Positions 13,053-25,660 of a DNA stretch of 64,000 nucleotides are shown here, piece by piece. How positions within the stretch are numbered: the stretch's first letter is position 1; each line of letters opens with the position of its first letter. A program made the position numbers and the translations under genes. The notes below the pieces were generated by a model. The model was not told the DNA's origin. It did no database searches and worked only from the letters and a program-made list of their open reading frames with translations. Source of the DNA: Callorhinchus milii (lineage: Eukaryota). Where the stretch lies: positions 33,668,001 through 33,732,000 of the forward strand of contig NW_024704743.1 of the NCBI RefSeq assembly GCF_018977255.1, read 5' to 3'.

Positions 13053-14516
13053 TTCACAATTTCTCCATTTAACCCTACAGTAGCGCTACACAGGTGTGGC
13101 GCCTTTTGGGGCATCTCTCCTTTGAGCCTTGTGGCAAGAATGCAATCTCAAATAGCATGAAATTCTGCACCTTGTCACAACATTTATTTGAAGGGGGGGA
13201 GGGGGAGATCTTGTCATTTTTTTAGTGGCCGATTACAGTAGTTCCTATTTGGCGTAGTTTTACATGCTGTTGGAAAAAAATGGAGGTCAGCTGCAGTCTT
13301 TTAAAGTTTAAGCTGGCAGCAGTGTGAACCAAGCCCACCCGCAGCTGTGAAGCACCCTGAGACACTTTCTTTTGTGGATGTTAACGAAGTCCAAGGCTTT
13401 GTACTCCAGCCTGGGGTTGTGGCTGGGTTCAGTAGATTCCAAAGTGTCGACCCAATAATTCACGTTCCTCATGGAGTTGATCATTGCATGCATTTAGAAA
13501 GATGATTTGAAACGGGGGGAGGGAGGGAGGCACAAATGACTGCGACGCTCCCAACGCGGTGCTGGGGGGGAAGGAATCGCTCCGTATTCTCTGAGAATCA
13601 GTCCTTCGGATGGAGACATTAAGGTAACGTCTGCCCATATTCAGGTGGACGTTAATGATCCTGTGGCGCTATTCAAAAAGAGAAGGTAGTTTTAACAAGG
13701 GAATCTCCCTCCCAGTGACCTACCTGTCTGGCGTTCCTCAAGATTGATTGTCACTCATGTCATGGCTGTTTGCAGATCTACGACTGCACCAAAAATGGCT
13801 GCTGCTTTTGTTACACAAAACAGTCATTCATGTGATGAGAATTATTGTGAGATAATTTGACATTTTAGATGCTGTAGGAAAGCAAGTTCGTTGATTCGGG
13901 GAGGGTAAGGTGCAGAGAATTTGAAATGCCATGGGGGTGGTGGGAGTGTAACGTCAGGAATATCTGAAGCAATTGATGTGTGATGGGCTGGTTCGGATAA
14001 CAGGCCAGTGATTCCTAGATTGTCAGTTCTATCGGGCAGGAGTGTGCGCTCTTTGAATTTCTATGTGCATAAAATACAGAAGGCACCTCAGCAGGAGTAC
14101 AGTACAGAGCCTGACTGCTGTGTTCAAGCTAATTAGGTCTGATGGTGTGACTGTGAAACCGCTCTGGTTATCACGTGCCAAGTCCCTAAATGCAGACTAC
14201 TACAGGGGAAGCCTGCAGGAAGCCCCGCTGACGTCTTGCGGAGGAAGTGACCGTAGCCACTCGCAACACATGGGAAGTGGTGTAGACGGCAAACTTAAGT
14301 GTCACAGAATGAGTTCATTTTTTTGTGCCTCACTTAAAACATGGTCATTGAGCACTGGACCCAGCCAACTGCATTAGAACTGGATTGACCTGTATATTAT
14401 AATAATAATATCATGCTAGTGTTAGCGGTGTCATTACAAGGGAGAACTGGCCAGGGAACAAAGGTGAAAGGTTTCCAAGAGAGTTATAATCTTCTCATTT
14501 TTAATTATGATGCTGC

Positions 14517-15470
14517 ACCCTCAACTCCACGACTACCGATGTCCTGGCAGCCTGCCAGTCTGACAGTCCTGGACGAGAGACAACTTTCTTCAGCTCAATG
14601 TGCGCAAAACTGAGGCCCTCCTGATTGGCTCGCGTCAGCACCTCCGCACCTCAGGCGCTGACAGAATCAGCATCCAAGGCTGCACTCTCCACCTCTCAAA
14701 GCCGTCAGGAACCTCGGGGTTCTGTTCGACCCTGAGCTGTCCTTTCTTCCTCATCCGCGCCACAACTGGCACCGCCTTCCATCACCTCCGGAACATCGCC
14801 AGACTACGGCATTACCTCACCCCTCACGCTGCTGAAACCCTGGTTCACGCCTTTGTCACCTCAAGGCTGGACTATGGGAACTCTCTCCTCGCCGGCCTTC
14901 CCGCCACCTCCCTCCACAAGCTGCAGGTCATTCAGAACTGTGCAGCTCGTGTACTGTCCCGCACCAGGCTTCGCGACCACATCACTCCCACCCTCGCTCG
15001 CCTCCACTGGCTCCCCATCCCCCAGAGGATTGATTTCAAGATCCTCATCCTCACCTACAAGGCCATTCACGGCCTTGCTCCCTCCTACCTCTCCAACCTA
15101 CTATCCCCCTACTTACCTGCCTGTACCCTCCGTTCCTCTGGCTCCGGTCTGCTCCACGTCCCCCGCCCCAACCGCCCTACCATCGGTGGTCGGGCCTTCA
15201 GCCTCTCAGCCCCGAGGCTCTGGAACTCCATCCCCCGCCTTCGCCGCCTCCTCCCTTTCCTCCTTCAAGGCCGGTCTCAAGACCTTTCTCTTTGACCGTG
15301 CCTTCAGCTCCCCTCTCGAATCTCTACTCCCTCCTCGCTCCCTCCCTTCCCTCCCCTCACCCTGACCATTTCCCCCCTGCTCGGGTCCTGACCCAACTGT
15401 ACAGCACCTTGGAACGTCCTCCCGACGTGAAAGGCGCTCTATAAATGAAATATTGTTATTGTTGTTGTTG
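14517..15470 (+). mobile_element. 5'-truncated young L2 LINE (ORF2 C-terminus + 3' UTR + (TTG)n tail)
   Basis: ORF 14600..15295 has KTEALLIG, ETLVHAFVTSRLDYGNSLL, LHWLP and RLWNSIP. The tail is acgtcctcccgacgtgaaaggcgctctataaatg followed by ttgttgttgttg. Confidence 0.95.
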
Positions 15471-15769
15471 TAATGCTTTGGGTGCTCTCAGTCTCTGCTG
15501 TTTTAGTGTCTCATCCCCACATGAGCAGAACATTACAGCTCAAGCCCAAATCTTGTGAAGAATTTCACAATAACTAAATATTTACCCAACGATCAAGGCT
15601 GTAAACTCAATCCTAAGGGATTGGACAGTGTGTATAAGAATTAGCTTTATTTGATGCATTGAAAACAGCCACACATAGGGATCTTGAGATCTTGAGATCA
15701 CAGTTTAAGCTGACACTAGTAAAATGCAGGGCAACCAATTGTGTGTCTGTTCAATGGGCACCATTCGAA

Positions 15770-16285
15770 AAGAGAAGGAAGTTTCTCCTGATATCCTGGT
15801 CAACAATTCTCCAGATGAAAATGGTCATTCGCTTTATGGCTGTTTGTGGGACATTGTTATAATAATCCTTGCATTTGCTATAGCGCTTTTCACGTCTCCT
15901 CGACGTCTCAAAGTGCTTCACAGAATATGCTGTCAAGTGAATTGACTGTATATTTGTGGGCGAAATGCGGCAGCCAATTGCGCACAGCAGTGTCCCACAA
16001 ACAGTTGTGGATTGCAAATGGCCAATTTATTATTGTTTTGTTTTGGAGGGATTACTATTAGGCTCTGTGTGGAGTAAGGAACTTGCCCAAGGTTTTGCCC
16101 TCTGCCTGTAATTGAACCCAGGTGTCTCGCTTGCAAAGCGAGTGCTCTAACCACTGAGCTACAGGACTTCGTTTTGTGTGCACATTTGCTGTTGCACTTG
16201 CCTACAAAATAATCACTACACTTCACAGCAAATTCTATTAAATGCTTTCTGAAGTGAAAGGTATTGCTTTAAATGAAGGATGATT
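15770..16285 (+). mobile_element. Older Deu-type SINE 3' half, split by a young SINE at 15857-16169
   Basis: ...ggctgtttgtgggacattg [insert] tgtgtgcacatttgctgttgcacttgcctacaaa... is contiguous in other copies. Confidence 0.75.
15857..16169 (-). mobile_element. Young SINE, short form, nested in an older Deu-type SINE
   Basis: Head gtcctgtagctcagtggttagagcactcgc on the minus strand; lacks the internal gtttacctagcagtaagtagg...cgcttttc block. Confidence 0.9.
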
Positions 16286-16380
16286 TATTCATATCTGAAA
16301 AGCGAATCATAGTGGTTACTGTAATACTTATTTCTGCCTGTTTTAACAAGCTAAGTTAAATACAACAGCTATTTTGCAAG

Positions 16381-16672
16381 CAGCAATACTCACAAACAGC
16401 TATGAAGTGAGTGAACCTATTTACCTGGGTGATTGTTGCTCAGGTCACTGGTAGAAACTCCCTTCTCTTTTCATGTAGTGTTGTCGGATCTTTAACATTC
16501 CCTGAGCAGGCAAATGGGATCTCAGTGTAAAATCTCATACGAAGGGCAGCACCTCTGGGAATTCAGGGCTCCTCAAGTACTGTATTGGAGTTTCTGAGTC
16601 TTGAGTCTCTATGTGGGAGTTAACCCACAACTATGTAATAACCCAGAGGCAGGAATGGTACCAGCCGAGCCA
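16381..16672 (-). mobile_element. Older Deu-type SINE
   Basis: ggatctttaacatt...ctgagcaggcaaatggg...gaagggcagcacctc...cccacaac...cagaggcag...taccagccgagcca. Confidence 0.7.
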
Positions 16673-19600
16673 GTGTAAGCTATGGTGATGGAACGTGCTG
16701 TGGAAGCTTTGCAGATTCGGACAGAATCCCTGTAGTCTGTGTAGAATTAGAATGGCCCATTTGGATGTGAACGCAGATATAGTGAGAGGAACAGTGAAAA
16801 CATTTATCTGGTGGAACTGTCATAGAAATTCGCTGGGTAAATATGTATTAATCATAAGAAAAGTTGAAGGCTTGGCTTCTCTATTGTTTTCGCTATTCTT
16901 ATACACCAAAGATACGTTGATCATTCGTTCGGGGTGAACCAGTTGGGCATCACTTTGTGTGAGTGTGTGTGTGTGTGTGGGCGGGGGTATGTGTGTGGAG
17001 GGGAGGGGGCGGGGGTGGTGTTCAATTCCCATCAATCAGATTTTAAGTTGGGCACAGACCCCCTGAGTTTATAGCAGACTCCATTCCGCTAGGTAATGAG
17101 GTAATACTAATGTTAGCGGTGGACTGTGACCAGCCTCCTGCTTCCTTCTCTTGCACTGATGGCTGCTTGGCTCCCGCTCTATCTGTCCGTCTGCATTCTT
17201 ACATGCTGTTGCTACGGCGACGAGATGCTCAGCATTTGAGCTTTAGGAAAAGGACATTTCTTGGCAGATTATGTTAGTTTGCAGGAGTATTTGTCACCTT
17301 GACCTGTCTGCCTCGCTGTAACGAGTTGTGTACCTGATTACAATGCACTGTAATCTTTAAACCGATCCTAAAGACTCACTCAGGCTGTACAAACAGTTGA
17401 GCACTGGACTTATGGTCCGGAGATTTCTGGGTTCGTGGATCCACTAAGTTCTTCGTCCCATTGCATCTTAATAAAACCAGCATCCTTCTTGAAATACGAG
17501 ATGTAAAGAGTTTGGAAGGAAGAGTAAGAAACTACACTTGGCCACAAGCCACTTGTTTGTCACCTTATCTATCATTGCTGCTTCTCAGTGGTGCGAAGTG
17601 GGTTAAAACCTTGAATGGTCTCGATCTGTTCAACTCTCATCTCACCCTGCTTCACTTGCAATCATGTTCTGGTTTCTTTGTCCTCTCTCTCTGTTTTTCT
17701 CTCTTTGTCTGTTTCTGTTTTTTACCCTTTCTTTGTCTCTCCCTTTCTCTTTTCCCCCCTCTCTTTCTCTCGCTTGATTGCTTTCCTTTGGTTACTCGTG
17801 CTCTCGTTTCCGTTCTCTTGTTACTCTCTGCTTTCTCTCTCTTTTTTGCTCGCTTTCTCTCTTGAAAATTTGAACTATATTGAAGCAACTTATCCTGGGC
17901 AGCACAGTATAATATATACACACATCGTTTTTTCCCCCCACCCCCCGTCCTCCCTCACGTACACACACGCGCACCCACGCGTGGAAAGTAGATTTTTATT
18001 TGAATGAGGTTCTAATATTTTTGTCTTTGTCCCAGAAACGCTTCCTGTATTGTGCTTTTTAGGAGAGCAACCCATCAGCTTCCACTCCACTTTTACATGA
18101 ATGACTTATTGACTCACTTGTAAGGTTTTTATGATGTTCTTCTGGATCATTAATGGCTGATTAAATGGTCCACACTGCATGATAACAATGTACAAGGTCA
18201 GTTTAGATCACTGAGTACATTGCAGCTGAAGCTTTTTTTAAAAAAAAATGTAAGCAGAGGTACGTTTTTGCTAGGAATGTGAGCAGAAATGAATGAACTG
18301 TGTGGACCAGAGCGCTCTCATTGTAATTTATAATCAATGTTAACCCTTAGGATAATGATGTTCAGTTTTGCATTGGGGCTGGGACTGGAGGTTCCGAATA
18401 GGTCTAGGCTTCAGATTAAAGAAACGGTTTGAGAAGTCCTCCTGACGTGAAAGGCGCTATTGCAAATGTATTGTAAGATCTGACATGGATCTGAGCCATG
18501 CCAGAATTGACAAGTTGACCAAATTTAACAATCACAAATGGTGTGTGATTTGCCTTGAGTTAAACGTTCATGTGTAATATTGCTTCTAAACCCCAATGCT
18601 GTTAGAGATGATTGGTATGGGAGATGAAAATGAAATTCTCTTAAGTTGGTATGATGGTACATTGTGTGCACACTTGGGCGCATGTGTGGTTGCACGAGCA
18701 GCAACAACAACAAATTACATTTGTATAGCGTCTTTACGTCAGGAGGATGTCCCAAGTTGGTGGTTGGGATCAGCAGGAGTGGAGGGTAGGGGTAGGAGGG
18801 TGACAGAGTGGAGAGAGGGGATCTTTCTTTTTTAAACACAGTACTTTTCCAACATTTTCATTTCAGCTGTTTAGAACAGTTCAGATCAGGGATCACCTGA
18901 AGCTGACACTGGTGACTAGAATTGAAAGGTGTTCCCCTGTCCCCGCAGGTTCTGTGGTACATCTTGACGAGCCTAGCGTTTGTTTTCATAAGAGAGAAAC
19001 TTGGCAATCACTTTGATTGATGGGTGTGTCGTTGCATGGATTCAGCTGCACATGTCCTGTCAGAGCAGGTTTCGTGCAGCATTAGCCGAGTATCATGAGC
19101 ATGACTCACCTGCTCAGTCATACTTCTGCTTAAAAATGGTGCATAGCACGAGATCTCCAGGGTTCTTTTAAAAAATAGTCTCCATGATGATGGGAGTGGT
19201 GCTCATGAGTCAGCCCTTTAAGTGGCAGTCGAAAGAGTTTGCAGGTTGGGAGGGTCCTCATTATTAAAGTTGGCTCTCTTCAATTGAATTGAAAATAATG
19301 TCAATCAAGATTGAAGCCCATTAAACCCTCAGGATAGTAATGATTGTCATTTCAGTCGAGCTAAATTTGACAGTTCCTGAATTTGGTTATTTCCTGCCCT
19401 GGCTGATGCTGTATTTCGTCCTCATTCATATTTGCTAAATCAAAACTTGTTCATCTCCTTAGCTTGTGAGATGTTGTTGTTGCAGATTATTGCCTGCATG
19501 AAAGTCATTGCACGTCAACGGTAGCTGATTTTGGGAAGCTTTATTTGAGATGTTTCAATATGATTGAAGTGCTACATCAAATGTAGGGATTGCCCACAGT

Positions 19601-19729
19601 GATTTGCAACCGTGCATCTACTGATTTCAAATGCCTTCTGCTGCTGATCCCTTTGGTATTCATTCTGTTCTGTTGCCCGACAGCCCCAGTGCTATCTCTG
19701 CCCCTCACTGTTCATCAGCGACTTCGGTG

Positions 19730-20390
19730 CTGTCCTAATGGGTAATTAGAAAGGCATCTGGCTCCACCATCCATACTCTTCAACTTATCCAAAACTCAGT
19801 TGGCTGCAGCCTCACCCGTACCAAATGCTATATTCCCTTCACCCCAGCCTCCACTGGCTCCCTGTAACTCATTTAATTAATTTCCAGGTCCTCACCCATA
19901 ACTATGAAGGCCTTCACATCGGCCTATCCTCCTACCCCACTCATCTGCTCACCCCCACTACTTAGCTACCTCGGACTTGCTGCTTGGCCCCTGCTATATC
20001 CCTAGCACCATCAGTAGTTACATTTTGTTTCACAGAAAAGCTTGGTTTGACTATGCCAACGCTCTGGTCCCCAGATTCCCCAGCTTTTCCCTATAAAACT
20101 TTCAGACTATCCAACCTCTGAACCCTGTGTCCTCTCCCTCACCAAGCCCCATGGGCCTATCACCCCAGATCCTCGCTTGGCTCCACTGACTCCCAATCCC
20201 CCACTCCTGATCGTGTTCAAGATCCTTGTTCTCGCGTTGAAATCACTTGCTGGTCTCGTCCCACCTCAATGATCTCCTTCAACTACACTAACCCGGCAGT
20301 TCCTTTTGCTCAGTGAATGCTGGCCTGCTTTGTGTCCCATGCTCTTAACCTTCCACCATGGATGCACGGCGCTATATAAATGTGTATTGT
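19730..20390 (+). mobile_element. Two adjacent old L2 3' fragments
   Basis: The LHWLP-type segment (ctccactggctccc / ctccactgactccc) occurs twice. An L2 tail gcgctatataaatgtgtattgt is at ~20370-20391. Confidence 0.7.
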
Positions 20391-23300
20391 AAAGAGCTGG
20401 ATGGTGCAATTTGGCAATCGTAGCCCATATAGCTATTATGGAACGTGCTACAATAGAAGAACCAGCACTTAGCTTGTTAAATCTTACTGCCGTATACATG
20501 AAATGTAGCAAATTTATGTGGATACTTTGATCTTTCTAATGTGTGTACAATAAATCAATGTTTACAGAAAGAAAATGTGTATTAATTTCCTCATGATACT
20601 GCCTTTGAATCAAAAGACCCATGTGCTGCCTGATCAAAGAGGCCAGGGAGATATGTTTCACTGTAGTATATTTAGTCTTCCCAGTTAAGACATCACCGTT
20701 AGTAATTGCAGTACATCCTGTAATCCCCTCAGGGCAAATGGCACTTGTTCAGTTTCTTTGTCAAAAATCTACTAACTTATTTAAGAACTTGCAGTTCAGA
20801 TAATTTGGAAGGCAGGTGTTCCTCAAGGGCTCGGTGAGTTATTGCCTTGCCTCTTTTTCACTGAGGCTCCAGAGGCTGGCATTATGGCACCAAACCAGAG
20901 GCATTGGCACATCTCCGGAGCCCCCCTGCAGCAAACTACATTCCTCATGTGCGTGAAGTGCTATTAGAGCTCTTCCTTCTTTGATCTCTGATAGCCAGAG
21001 TGACCGTAGCAAGGGCCAGGAAATGAGCCTGAAGATCAGTTGAATACAGTCCTTGGCTTTTCTTGCGATTGTGCTCCCTGTTGTTTGGTTATTTGGGGGA
21101 CGATCTCTGCACAGAAAATTCTAACAAGAGGCCATGTGTGCACAAGTGTCCTGGTGTCATGAAGATGTTTATATTGCGTCACGTATCATATACACGCCCG
21201 CTGATTTTTTAGGGCAAGGGTGGTGGTGGGTAAATAATCTGCTTGCAGTGGGAGATTCAATGCCAAGTTGGCTGTTGGGAGATTCTGAAGTGGGTAATCC
21301 CAAACATTGTACAATGCAAGTGTCCTCTTGAGGCAGCCACCTTTGGAGATGCGCTCTGTGTAAAAACGGAAAGGGCTTGGCTACTGTCTTTGGGGTTGAC
21401 GCAGCTGATCTCAGCTGATTTGTCTCTTGGTAACTCTCCAGGGATGTCAACAGAAGAAGCTGACTTCAGTATCCTCAATCACTAGGTGATTGTATTTTTA
21501 TCTGCAGTATCCGTGAACTGAAATACATCCATTTACATTATTCAAATGAATGATCGATCATCAGACAAAGGATCTGAAAATGTGGAACTCGGGAAGTGAG
21601 TGAGAAGAGACCAGGAAGCGGTTCCCAAATCCCCAAAAAAGAACTACAAACAAATGGGGGAGAAGCAGAATGTGAGTTGGTGGGAATCTTCCTAACTCCA
21701 CTGATTGAGTTGGAGGCTCAGTCGGAGGACGAAATCCCTCCCAATTTTTACCTGGACCAGCCCACTCACCAGTGAGCAATAGATGGGTCTCTTTAAACTT
21801 ATGTCCTGTGTTACTAAACTTTAAACTACAATACGTAAGACATGTTGGGGGATGGATTAAGGCTTTTTCAATCTCTCAGCACATGAAATTTCCTAACATC
21901 CCATATGCTTAATAATCCCAATGTTTGCTTTTCCTACTACCTTTATGCCTGTTACCCTTTCCATGAAGCTGTCTTTGCTAATATCTGCTCTGAATTTCTA
22001 TTTCACTCATTTCAATGTACTGTATTCTCTCTGGTCCTACTTTCCTGCTTACTTTGTAGTAGTCCGGCCTTACTTTATCTATATAACTTATTACATGAAG
22101 TTTCTCTCTCCTGCTTAACTTTGTTTGTTCTAGACTGTAAGGGTCCATGTTTTTCGAATAGTTTTTCATAGTTTCACTTGGGCTCTGTCTTGTTGCTCAA
22201 TTTTTATCAGTAGTGAACCAGGGCTCTTAAATGTCTAAAGTGGCCAGTGCATTGATCTTGTGTGGACATGGCTGTTGTATATGGGTTTCCTTGACCAATT
22301 GAGCTGGTGATTCTACCCGAGTAATGTGCTATGGCATTGATTGCCACTAAGGAGCTGGGCTGATAGAAGAGAGGAATTGGAAGGTGTAGAGAAGAAAGAC
22401 TAAACCAGAGATGAAGTCCATCCACACCCTTTCATAGACTTGAGGTGCACAGTTTAGCAGGCTTCAACGAGGCAAAAATGTTGATTGTTTAAAAAGACTG
22501 CTGAGAAGTATCGTTAAACTGTTGCTGTTAACATATTTTATAGTCTTGTAAGATTTACAGTTTGTGTGGCTGTGTTGCATCTGAGTTTACAGCAGACATG
22601 CCTCTTATAGTAATTCAACAACTAATGCCTTAAATGCTTTGTGGAAAATTCTGTCTTAATATCGTGTCAGTTATTCATTCCCAGCTCATGGTCATTGCTG
22701 AGCCACTTCAGTCCCTTTCCTGATCTTTGTGTCTGTGAGCCTGTGTACGTGCATTCCCCAAGTGTTTTTTCTCATAGGGGAAACTGAGTTGTATTGGCTT
22801 TTTAATTCCTGTACTGCTCTTCCCACTCCTGCTGGGAAAGCAAAGCATACAAAGCATCTTAATGATACAAGCTGCCTTTGCTTTGTGCTCATGCTATACT
22901 TTGTTTTCTCTGTTAACCCTTTAGAGGGATTTAGGTGCCTAATTGTAGCTATTGAATGGTGAGGTTATTTCCCACAGAGCAGATATTTATTTTCCACTTC
23001 ATCCCCCGGCGCCCTCCACACATACACACACACCGAGACCTCCATTTTGGATTATAGGGAACCATCGATTGTCCTTTTTGATTTGTTTGCAATGGTGTGG
23101 GACCTTCCTTTAGTTTTTCTTAAATCAAATGGTGGTGGTTCACGCTTGCACAGGATGCTGACTTGCTTTTTCTCTTCAGCTCCCCTTCTTCTCTCACCCT
23201 AGGTAGCCTTCCTGACAGTCGATATATTGCTGGGCTGCTAGACTTGGACAGTGCTGGATTCCCACTGCTCACCCAATCATTCATTCTTCGTGTGTGAGCT

Positions 23301-24740
23301 TGTGTTGTGGACAATTAGGGAATCAGACAGAGGAGAGAGAGCTCACCTAGCTAAGGCTAGCCTGACCCTCACTGCCTCACTGGACCACTGTTTACTGCAA
23401 ATTGAGAGTTTGGGAGATCCAAGGCTCAAGTCCAAGGATGTGTGTTACACTTGTGGGATACCCCAGTGAGATTGGGGTGAGAGAGAGATGCAATGGGAGG
23501 GAAAGAAGTTTTATGAAGCTAATGTAAAAATCAAATGAATTCAATGAGTTTGGCTCCCAAACTGTTGTTTGTACATTTGGCTAAAAAGCTGAGTTGAGTT
23601 CCCAGGGTCTGTGCCATATACGTGAGGTTCCCTGCAAGAGGCTCACGATGTCCCCAGGCACTTTTTCCAGCGCCAAGGTGTCATTCCCACTGCCGTGTTT
23701 CTAACTAGCACTTTGTTAACCCCCAGAACCTCTGTTGTAACTGTGTGACGTTGTATAGTGTACATCTCAATGGAAAGCCGGAGCTTTTGATGTGTCGTTT
23801 TGAATTACATTGCTCATTAGGCAGTAGTGCTTTAATAGGTTACTCAGATGTAATGTTTTTCCATCCTTTATTGCTTCCAAAAATTGAAAATGCATATGCT
23901 AAATTATGATTCAATTTGAGGAACCAGTTTATAAATTTAGTTTATGGTCTTTGCAGTGGCAATGTTCACACCTTGGGACATCCTTCCGAGGTAAAAGGCA
24001 GTATATAAATGCAAGTTGTTGTCGTTGTGATTACCCCAGCATAGCCTGGGTGCACATGTCATTGACTTCCTGAACTTGCCTGTGTTTGTGAGGTAACATA
24101 GTCAAAACTAATTGTTCAAAAAATTAATTTATCCCCCCCTTTTTCTCCCGCAACCCAGATTTTTTGAGGATGTTAAATAACATCGCAAATTCCTAGAACA
24201 TTTGACCTCCTCTCACAGAGCAATCTAAAGATGTTTCCATCTCAAACTAACATCAATCTAATCTTACAACAGACACCTCATAAACAGCCAAATCCGCACG
24301 TTTATAGCTGATGAACTTTGTCCTGCTTAAAAAGAAAAATGATGGCAGGTCAGCAAATGATGATTTATAAGAGGAACATTCCTCACTCCAGGCACTTGCA
24401 CATAGGCTCCTTTGTTATACTTGGCAAGCCAGCAGTCATTGAGAATATCCTTATCCTAACCCCTATTGAACCGGATACTCTGTACAGACATCAAGATCCT
24501 ATTAAAACAGCCTGGCATTTATCAATAAAAAATTAACATGTATTGCATACAATCAGACATTTCCTGAGGGTTTTGTAAACATGTTTACACAGGTCATTGT
24601 TAAGGCATAGTCCATAAATTCTTTTAAAAGGAAATTATATAGATGCTTGTAAAAGCCTATTAAATTTAGGATATGGAGAACGAAGAGGGGAGCAGGGGTT
24701 AGATTAGGTCAGAAAGAAAATGGTTGAGTTTTAGAACCTC

Positions 24741-24791
24741 AGGACCATAGAAATTTATGGCACAGAAGGCGGCCATTCGGCCCATCGTGTC
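24741..24791 (-). mobile_element. CR1-like LINE 3' terminus stub
   Basis: The reverse complement gacacgatgggccgaatggccgccttctgtgccataaatttctatg resembles the CR1 3' end motif of cartilaginous fish as I recall it. Confidence 0.6.
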
Positions 24792-25151
24792 ATTCGCATA
24801 ATAGGCCATCAGAGCCTCTCGGCTGTGTTGCATTTTTTATTAACCAACTCCGCCACAGGTTTGATGTGCCACATGACCTGTTTCTATAACATTCTCTGCT
24901 CGCTCAGTAGTGATCAGTCTTATCGGTGTGAAACTGAATCATACATAGCGGAAGGTAAAAGCAGGGAAAATAGGTTGTAAATCGAGAATAAATTTAAGAA
25001 TTTTCCATGATATGAAACAATCTTAGATTTTCAGACAAAATTGTCTCACAGGCCAAGACCAGATGGAAGTTCGGGCAACTGATTTCTATTTTTTTACCTC
25101 CTGTGAAGCATACAGACCAAGATTAAATTAGGATTGGGCTAAAATAGCCTC

Positions 25152-25382
25152 CACTCCCTCATTAATAATCCCTCCAAAACAAAAAAACAATAATAAATTG
25201 GTCATTTTCAATCCATGACTGTTCGTGGGACACTGCTGTGTGCAATTGGCTGCCAGGTTTTGCCCACAAATATACAGTCAATTCACTTTATAGCATATTC
25301 TGTGAAGTGCTTTGAGACGTCTAGAAGACGTGAAAAGTGAAAAGCGTTATGTCAAATGCAAGGATTATTATTATTATTATTA
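25152..25382 (+). mobile_element. Young SINE, 5'-truncated (short-form diagnostics)
   Basis: gtgggacactgctgtgtgcaattggctgcc ... gacgtgaaaag ... caaatgcaaggattattattatt. Confidence 0.88.
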
Positions 25383-25660
25383 CCTGACACTCAGTCTAGG
25401 GCCTTACACCCAAAAGGATGGAGGTGAGGTAGTGCAACCAAAGAAAAATTCACCTCACTTTCAGAAAAGAGGGAAAATATTGGCAGGGGGTGGGGGAAAG
25501 AAACGCTACTCAAAGTGGCAAATAAAACAAATAATGCAACTAATGTTCAATCAAGCTCCACACAAGATATTTATGGTTAGTTTCAATTAAGATGCGCCTG
25601 ATAAAATGTGGTCAGTAATCCTTGAGTGAGACTCCCCAATAAATGTACAACACAGCTGAG

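Noticed and set aside
14600..15295. 231-aa ORF as a host or domesticated gene
   Set aside because: It is the C-terminus of L2 ORF2, held open by compensating frameshifts, with an aberrant end and no RT core.
18930..19000. Strong-looking acceptor ccctgtccccgcag|GTTCT
   Set aside because: The downstream sequence does not resemble any JARID2 exon, and no convincing donor or conserved peptide follows.
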